Of a stretch of DNA of 64,000 bases, positions 58,016 through 64,000 are shown in pieces (the first letter of the stretch is position 1; the number at the start of each line of letters is the position of its first letter). The notes under the pieces are model-generated. The model worked only from the letters and a program-made list of their open reading frames with translations. It was not told where the DNA came from and ran no database searches. Source of the stretch: an uncultured Thermoplasmata archaeon (GTDB lineage: Archaea; Thermoplasmatota; DTKX01; GCA-020343715); the NCBI GenBank assembly GCA_964353355.1, contig CAYGVT010000032.1:161-64160 (forward strand), written 5' to 3'. A program made the position numbers and the translations under genes.

Positions 58016-58819
58016 TCAACCGTACATGCCCGGGGTCGGGAGCTGCTCGACCCGCTTCCGGCTCTCGAGGCCGTGCCGCATCATCTCGAGGGCCTCATGG
58101 ATGTTCTTCTCTATCTTGACGGCCTCGTCCATGAGCGGGCCCGTGTCTATCTCCACGAGGGGCAGCATGTCGTCGATGACATGGATGAGCCTCGCGGCCG
58201 CCCTCGCGTCGGGGAACTGTGCGTGCGCGGGTGCGAGGAGGCAGACGATGTCGCGACCCTCCATGTCGCCCAGGTAGAGCAGCACCCCCGAGATGCCCGT
58301 GACGATGCCCACCTTCATGGGGGTGACCTTGAACCGCTCCATGGACTTCCAGGCCTTTTCCGTGGAGCACGCGCAGTAGACCTCGGGGTCGCCCTCCTTC
58401 TCCTCCCCGGTCACACCGGTGCCCTCCACGGAGACGATGTGGCTCATGCCCTCCTCCAGAGCCCACTTGAGGATGCGCCTCGCGAGCGGCAGCTGGAGGT
58501 CGTCCGGGACCGTGAACTCGGAGGTGAGGATGACCACCTGGTCGCACTCGTTGTTGGGACCGCAGACCTTGGGGCCGGCGTAGATGCGCATCGGCGGCGT
58601 GGGCTGCCCGTCGTGCACGACGGCCGCGGGCGGGAACCTCCTCGACATGATGGCGCCCACGCGGCGCAGCTTCAGCGTGTCGATGATGTAGGAGGCCACT
58701 ATCGTGCTCACGAGGCCCACGGTCGGGAAGCTCTCGATGAGCATCGCATCTTTCAAGTCGATGTCCTCGTACATGTGTATCTCGATGTCATCGTCCATCC
58801 AGCTCAGCCTCTCGTCCAA
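58016..58819 (-). CDS. PAC2-family proteasome assembly chaperone (Pba-like)
   Basis: LIESFPTVGLVSTI, PMRIY, GIVTGISGVLL, PDARAAARL; C-terminal HbYX motif 'MYG'. Start is TTG 58819 or ATG 58798. Confidence 0.9.
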   Translation of the reverse strand: MDERLSWMDDDIEIHMYEDIDLKDAMLIESFPTVGLVSTIVASYIIDTLKLRRVGAIMSRRFPPAAVVHDGQPTPPMRIYAGPKVCGPNNECDQVVILTSEFTVPDDLQLPLARRILKWALEEGMSHIVSVEGTGVTGEEKEGDPEVYCACSTEKAWKSMERFKVTPMKVGIVTGISGVLLYLGDMEGRDIVCLLAPAHAQFPDARAAARLIHVIDDMLPLVEIDTGPLMDEAVKIEKNIHEALEMMRHGLESRKRVEQLPTPGMYG

Positions 58820-58924
58820 CCTAGTGCCGTGGTTGCACTTGAATTTTTCGTCGCCCCGACATCCTCGGTTGCCCCCCGCGAGAACGGCGGGGAAAGGTAT
58901 TTATCGCTTGCCAGCACGAGGAGT

Positions 58925-59045
58925 GGTCGCACGGCGCGGTAGCCCGTAAGTCCCGTGCACAGGCACCCCTACACATACGTGGGCCCCGAAATTACTCATC
59001 CGCCGGGCAGGGCGCCAGGACGACAGTGCCTGCCGCGCCGCGCCC
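58925..59045 (+). ncRNA. Candidate structured non-coding RNA (family unknown)
   Basis: Upstream BRE/TATA-like 'gaaaggtatttat' (58892-58904) with no credible plus-strand CDS; an 11-bp closing stem pairs 58932-58942 with 59030-59040. Confidence 0.25.
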
Positions 59046-59079
59046 CTCTCTCCCGGCCGGCCGTGCCAACGCTCGCCGC

Positions 59080-60219
59080 CTATCGGACGGCGTCGAGGTC
59101 CCCCGGGCCCTTCTTGACGCCGACCCCTGGGATGGGCTTGCCCGCCTTCACCGCGGCGAAGCCCGTCACGTCGGGCGACTCGACGCCCGTCACGACGACC
59201 ATGACCTGGAGCTTGCCCTCCATCTCGGGCTCGATACCGGAGCCCCAGATGATGCGCGCCCCGGGGTTGATCTTCTGCTGGATGAGCGAGCAGGCAGTCT
59301 CCGCCTCCTGCAGCGTCATGTCCGGGCCGCCCGTGACCTTGATGAGAGCGCCGTGCGCGTTGGTGGTGTCGTAGGGCAGCAGCGGGGACTTGAGCGCGCG
59401 CTCGACCGCGAGCTTCGGCCGCTCGTCCCGCTCGTCGGCCGAGCCGATGCCGACCATCGCCATGCCCATGTTGCCCATGATGGTGCGCAGGTCGTTGTAG
59501 TCGATGTTGACGAGCGCGGGCTTGGTGATCATCTCGATGATGCCCTTGATGGAGTTCATCAGCAGCTCGTCGACGACGTGGAAGGCCGCGTCGAGGGGAA
59601 GCCGCGGGGACAGCTCCAGCAGCCTGTCGTTGGGGATGGTGACGACCGTGTCCGCGACGCTCACCAGGCGGTTGAGGCCCCACATGGCGTTTTCCATGCG
59701 GGCCGTGCCCTCGGCCTTGAACGGCTTGGTCGCGAACACGACCACGAGCGCGCCTTGCGCCTTCGCCATCTCCGCGACCATCGGTGCGGTGCCGGTGCCC
59801 GTCCCGCCGCCGAGGCCGCAGGTGATGAACACCATATCGGCGCCCTTGATGGCAGCCTCGATGGTGTCCTTGGCCTCTTCGGCCGCCTTGCGCCCCATCT
59901 TCGGGTCGCCGCCGGCCCCCAGGCCCCTGGTCGTCTTCAGCCCGAGCAGGATCTTGCGGTTCGAGTGGACGCCCTTGAGGTGGATGGCGTCAGTGTTGCA
60001 GGCTATGAGCTCGGCTCCGTGGATGCCGGACTCCGCGAGCCGTGTTATGGTGTTGCTCCCGCCACCGCCGCAGCCCACGACCTTGATCGTGAGCGTGAGC
60101 CCCTCGAGAATCTTCTCGAGCTCCTCATCGTCATGGGACATGACGACCGTCCCGCTCGAGGGCGTCGGACCACCCTTCATGTCGTACTGCTTCAGCGCAT
60201 CCTCTATAATCGTCTTCAA
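59080..60219 (-). CDS. ftsZ: Cell division protein FtsZ
   Basis: VVGCGGGGSN, NTD, GLGAGGDP, tubulin signature GLGGGTGTG, PFKAEG, T7 loop NIDYND; TTG start follows GGAGGAG. Confidence 0.95.
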   Translation of the reverse strand: MKTIIEDALKQYDMKGGPTPSSGTVVMSHDDEELEKILEGLTLTIKVVGCGGGGSNTITRLAESGIHGAELIACNTDAIHLKGVHSNRKILLGLKTTRGLGAGGDPKMGRKAAEEAKDTIEAAIKGADMVFITCGLGGGTGTGTAPMVAEMAKAQGALVVVFATKPFKAEGTARMENAMWGLNRLVSVADTVVTIPNDRLLELSPRLPLDAAFHVVDELLMNSIKGIIEMITKPALVNIDYNDLRTIMGNMGMAMVGIGSADERDERPKLAVERALKSPLLPYDTTNAHGALIKVTGGPDMTLQEAETACSLIQQKINPGARIIWGSGIEPEMEGKLQVMVVVTGVESPDVTGFAAVKAGKPIPGVGVKKGPGDLDAVR

Positions 60220-60345
60220 GCTGGTCTCCTCCTCTACGAAGGATCACGGTCGCCCCGGTCGACCGTGCGGCGCGACCGCTCGCGCGCAGCGCACTCGACA
60301 GGGCCGAGCGCATCCCATCCGGCTCGTATATGAGCGCGTGCGTAT

Positions 60346-62814
60346 TTAACCCTTGCCCGGGCCAGGCACCACGGGGTCGGGGGGCTCGCCTTGCACGGGC
60401 GACGGCGTCTTCCCCCTGCCCGAACGGCGCATGAGGAGGACCGCGGCTACGATGGCCGCGGCGAGGACCACGATTGCCGCGATGATGATGCCCCAGGGGA
60501 ACCCATCCTCGCCGGGCGGGTTGATGGCCTTGACCTCCCGGTGGATGCGCAGGGACGTCATCCCCACGTTGCCGGCCTTGTCCTGGGCAATCACGAGCAC
60601 GGTGTTGTTGCCCTCGGCGAGGTCGAAGTCCTCCTCGAACTCGCCGTGCGCGGGCATGACGATGGCCGGCAGGTCCCGCCCGTTCAACCTCACCCAGATG
60701 AGCGCGTCCGGCTCCGTGCGCGCCTCGAGGTGGAAGCTGACGACCGAGTTCTTGACCGTGGTCTGGTTCGTGGCGGGCACGACGACCTCGATCTCCGGCG
60801 CCGTGACGTCGTACTGGAACCTGATGACCTCGTAGCTCTCGCGGTTGCCGGCCGCGTCCCAGGCATCGACGACCAGGTCGTTGTCGCCCACGATGAGGGT
60901 GACGTTCATGTAGAACTTGCCTGACGCGTCCGCGTGGGTGGAGTTGATGACGAGGGAGCTCCGGTTGACGTCTATTCGCGCGCCTGGCTCGGCCGTGCCG
61001 AAGAACATCACGACGCTCGTGTTGAGGATGGAGGTGAGGAGGTAGTCGGGCTTGGTCTCCACCGTGAGCGCGGGGGGCGTGCGGTCCACGAGGAGCACGA
61101 GCAGGAAGATGCCCTCGTTGCCGACCTGGTCGACGAGCCGGATCTCGAGGGCCTGCGGGCCCTCCTCGTCCCCGAGGCTAGTGAAGCCCTCAAACGTCCC
61201 GTTCGCCTCGACCGTGAGCTCGGTCGAGCCCACGTAGACGTCCGCGCCCGGCTCCGTGCGGCCCCTGAAGTACTGGTTGTAGGCGCGGGTGAGCGAGCCG
61301 TTCGCTGGGGACATCTCCAGGATGCCGGGCGCCGTCACGTCCACGGTGATGTACCTCGTGACGGTCGCGTTGTTGCCCGCGCGGTCCTTGACCTCGAACA
61401 CGATGCGCAGCTCCCCCTCGGGCAGGACAACGCGGACCTCCCATGACGCCTGCGCCGGGAGGAACTGGGGCTCGGCGCCGTCCACTGAGTACTGGAGGCT
61501 GCCCAGGCCGGACTGCAGGTCCTGGCAGCTTCCCTTGAGCAGCACGCCCGTGGTGTTGAACTTCTGCCTGTCGAGGGGCGCTGTCACCACGAGGCCGGGG
61601 GCGACGGCGTCTATGAACTCGATGGTGCGCAGCTCGTTGGGGACGGGGTCGAACCCGTCGAGGTACTCATGGTCGTAGCCCTTGACGGCCTCGACCCTGA
61701 AGGGGACGCGGTGGATGACCGCCGACGGCCCCTGCTTGGCAAGGTGCGTCTCGAGCTGCACGACGACCGTCCTGCCATTCGCGTCCGTCCCGACCTTCAC
61801 CATCTCGATGCCGTCCACGTCCAGGACGCGCACGTTCGCACCCTCCGCCGGGAAGCCCACGCCCTTGTAGGTGACCTTGAAGGCCACGCTCTGCCTCACC
61901 GAGATGCTGCTCGACGAGTCGGGGAAGAGCTTCCCATCGGTGCCGGCGAGCCTGCAGTCGACCAGGAAGACCCGGGACCCCGTGTAGGCGTGCGTGACCG
62001 CGGAGATGGTCCTGATGGAGCTGTTGTCGACCTTGACCGTCGAGGTCGCCTCGGCAACGATGCCCCTATAGAGGCCATCGATGGACACGTGGGACACGGT
62101 CGCGATGGAGTCGATGAAGCGGACGGCGCCCTGGGGGTTGTCGATGAACGCGCCCGCGCGGACGATGGCGGAGTTGCACTGCACGATGATGAGGCCCCAG
62201 TTGTTCTCGCGGAACGTGTTGTTGAACGCCAGGTTGCAGACGTTGCCGGTGACCTCCAATCCACAGTAGCCGTTCTGCTCGAACACGTTGTCCTCGACGG
62301 TGGGTATCGCGCCCGAGAGCACGACGAGGCCGACGTTGTTGTTCGAGAAGGTGCAGTTCCTGAACGAGGCCGAGTTCGTCTCGACCGCCACGCCCTGGCG
62401 CTTGCCCTCGGCGCCGAGGATGCCGCACCCCGAGAACTTGCACCGCTTGGCAACCAGGTAGCTCGAGTCCTGCGCCCAGAACGTCCATCCCTTGGCGGGG
62501 GTGCCCGGCGAGAGCTCGCCCCTCCTGAAGGTGCACGTGTCCAGCACCATGCGGCCCTGCGCCTTGACGAGCAGGCCGTACTGGCCGTCGGTGGTGGACA
62601 TGAAGGTGAAGGTGGCGTGGTCCACAGAGAGCTGGCCGGTGAAGTTGATGGTGAGGTTGGCCCTCATGATGTACTCGCCGCCAGATATCGGGGCCGCGGA
62701 GCCGTCCACGTACCAGTCCTGGGTGACCTCGGTCGCCGCCCCTGCCCCCATGGCGAGGGACATCGCAACGATTGCGAATAACGCGGTGGTGAGCAACAGG
62801 AGGGGGGTGCGCAT
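60346..62814 (-). CDS. Membrane-anchored surface protein with right-handed beta-helix and Ig-like repeats
   Basis: Signal peptide; 'NCTFSNNNVG', 'NVFEQNGYCG', 'NTFRENNWG' repeats; repeated 'D.AGN' and 'D.TAP' Ig motifs; GFPW plus TM. Confidence 0.85.
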   Translation of the reverse strand: MRTPLLLLTTALFAIVAMSLAMGAGAATEVTQDWYVDGSAAPISGGEYIMRANLTINFTGQLSVDHATFTFMSTTDGQYGLLVKAQGRMVLDTCTFRRGELSPGTPAKGWTFWAQDSSYLVAKRCKFSGCGILGAEGKRQGVAVETNSASFRNCTFSNNNVGLVVLSGAIPTVEDNVFEQNGYCGLEVTGNVCNLAFNNTFRENNWGLIIVQCNSAIVRAGAFIDNPQGAVRFIDSIATVSHVSIDGLYRGIVAEATSTVKVDNSSIRTISAVTHAYTGSRVFLVDCRLAGTDGKLFPDSSSSISVRQSVAFKVTYKGVGFPAEGANVRVLDVDGIEMVKVGTDANGRTVVVQLETHLAKQGPSAVIHRVPFRVEAVKGYDHEYLDGFDPVPNELRTIEFIDAVAPGLVVTAPLDRQKFNTTGVLLKGSCQDLQSGLGSLQYSVDGAEPQFLPAQASWEVRVVLPEGELRIVFEVKDRAGNNATVTRYITVDVTAPGILEMSPANGSLTRAYNQYFRGRTEPGADVYVGSTELTVEANGTFEGFTSLGDEEGPQALEIRLVDQVGNEGIFLLVLLVDRTPPALTVETKPDYLLTSILNTSVVMFFGTAEPGARIDVNRSSLVINSTHADASGKFYMNVTLIVGDNDLVVDAWDAAGNRESYEVIRFQYDVTAPEIEVVVPATNQTTVKNSVVSFHLEARTEPDALIWVRLNGRDLPAIVMPAHGEFEEDFDLAEGNNTVLVIAQDKAGNVGMTSLRIHREVKAINPPGEDGFPWGIIIAAIVVLAAAIVAAVLLMRRSGRGKTPSPVQGEPPDPVVPGPGKG

Positions 62815-62997
62815 GCCATAAAAAGGGCTCATCCAGTATCCTCCGGCACGCCCCTCATCTAGGGGGCTTCCCACTCATAAGCCTTTGCCCTTGCACGGGG
62901 TGCCCTCGGGCCTTTTTTCCCATCCATGAAAATCAGTGCTGAGCCTGGGGTAGCGAGATATATAAGCCCAGTCGGACCACTGGTGTCCAGATAGAAG

Positions 62998-63375
62998 ATG
63001 TTCGCCTCCTTGGTGTCCGACCTGTTCACAGACCCCACAAGGCTCAAGATACTGAGCATCACCAGCAGGGAGCCCAAGAGCGCCCGCGAGATAGCGCACG
63101 TGTTCGGAATCCCCCTCGGCCGGTGCTACCGGAAGATTAAGAAGCTCGAGGACGACGGCTTGCTGGCAGTGGTCGACCGCGAGCCCACCGACGACGGCAA
63201 GCGGCAGAACGTGTACCTCTCGCAGCTCAAGTCCGTCTCCATCAGCTACGAGATCGGGCGGCTCACCGTCCGCGCCGTCATCAACGGCAAGGCCCCGCTC
63301 GAGTTCATCGAGGAGCTGGACCAGTACCTCTACCCTGACGAGAACCCCGTCTTCGCGGGCATCCCGATGGGCTGA
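62998..63375 (+). CDS. ArsR-like winged helix transcriptional regulator
   Basis: FTDPTRLKIL...PKSAREIAHVFGIPLGRCYRKIKKLEDDGLL; TATA 'tatataa' about 30 nt upstream. Confidence 0.85.
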   Translation: MFASLVSDLFTDPTRLKILSITSREPKSAREIAHVFGIPLGRCYRKIKKLEDDGLLAVVDREPTDDGKRQNVYLSQLKSVSISYEIGRLTVRAVINGKAPLEFIEELDQYLYPDENPVFAGIPMG

Positions 63376-63449
63376 GGCCGCTCCACACGCGCGGGAGGGG
63401 CCACAGGTGTCGAGTTCGACCCCCGAGCGGAGGCCTTTGTCGGACCCCG

Positions 63450-64000
63450 TCACACCCAGCCGTGCTGGTCGCACCAGAGGCGGCCGTGGGCGGCCTCGAT
63501 GACCTTGCCGCCGCACTTGGGACAGGTGCGGACCCCCGTGGTCGCCTTCCTGCCGATGTCGGTCCTCGTCATGAGCGGGCCGACCTCGGCCCTGCGCACC
63601 TCGACCTCCTTGGCATCGATGAGCTTCGGGCCCTGGCCTATGACGGGACCGGTGTCTATCGTCGCCATCCTGCCCACGCTGCTCGCCGTGGTCAGGGACT
63701 TCGGGGCCCCGATGGGCTTGAACGCGGGGCTGGGACGGTTGTAGACGCCGTCCGGTCGCAGATAGAGCTCCTCGTACGAGGGCGGGGCCTTGGGGCCGAC
63801 GTCCCGCGAGAGCTTGAGCGGCCGCAGCCTGAGGCGCGTGCGGGCGAGGATCTCGCGCTTCCTGTCCATTAGGTACATGTAGTAGTAGAAGACCAAGGCT
63901 GTCACGATGATGACCAGGATGAGTAGCATGATGACCCTGCCGGTGAATATCTTCTGGTGCTCGCCGCCGCCGCCCCCGTCGCCCTCGGGCGCGATGACGT
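63450..64000 (-). CDS. C-terminal part of a membrane protein with a cytoplasmic Zn ribbon (5'-truncated by the window edge)
   Basis: Frame stays open to the window end (..PEGDGGGGGEHQK..); TM 'MLLILVIIVTALVFYYY'; terminal CPKC...CDQH. Confidence 0.7.
   Translation of the reverse strand, partial: VIAPEGDGGGGGEHQKIFTGRVIMLLILVIIVTALVFYYYMYLMDRKREILARTRLRLRPLKLSRDVGPKAPPSYEELYLRPDGVYNRPSPAFKPIGAPKSLTTASSVGRMATIDTGPVIGQGPKLIDAKEVEVRRAEVGPLMTRTDIGRKATTGVRTCPKCGGKVIEAAHGRLWCDQHGWV

Noticed and set aside
63377..63436. tRNA-like 'gagttcgaccc' element
   Set aside because: No consistent acceptor, D or anticodon arms; more likely a hairpin between convergent genes.
1..64000. CRISPR arrays, transposases, integrases, DGR elements, stop-codon recoding
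   Set aside because: No repeat-spacer array, mobile-element motif or reverse transcriptase was seen, and all three stop codons end well-supported genes.

Overview
High-GC archaeal chromosomal window, most consistent with an uncultured Thermoplasmata-type euryarchaeon. That assignment is inferred from archaeal EF-1alpha/EF-2/aRF1, TATA-type promoters, a split transketolase plus transaldolase, and a C25 peptidase. It holds core genes (rps12-rps7-fusA-tuf-rps10, aRF1, pyrH, purA, ftsZ, a PAC2 proteasome chaperone) and acyl-CoA/amino-acid metabolism genes (malic enzyme, acyl-CoA dehydrogenase, acyl-CoA synthetase, a Cys-less thiolase-like protein with DUF35 partner, crotonase, GDH, aminotransferase). 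It also encodes many large secreted or membrane-anchored proteins: M14, two S8 and C25 peptidases, and PA14/FG-GAP, beta-helix and PGRS-like surface proteins. No mobile element, CRISPR array, rRNA or tRNA was recognised. The most interesting signals are: (i) a shared C-terminal D-(G)-WEE-(ID/Y) motif on the cytoplasmic tails of two unrelated surface proteins, resembling TPR-binding EEVD/W-acidic ligands, with a Zn-ribbon/polyproline/TPR protein nearby; (ii) an unannotated tail-anchored protein with a duplicated unknown domain; (iii) histone-H1-like basic tails on metabolic enzymes; (iv) a GFPW pre-TM motif; (v) a variant NikR; (vi) an aRF1 with NIKG instead of NIKS; (vii) a candidate structured ncRNA next to ftsZ. 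All calls come from reading motifs by eye; no searches were run.
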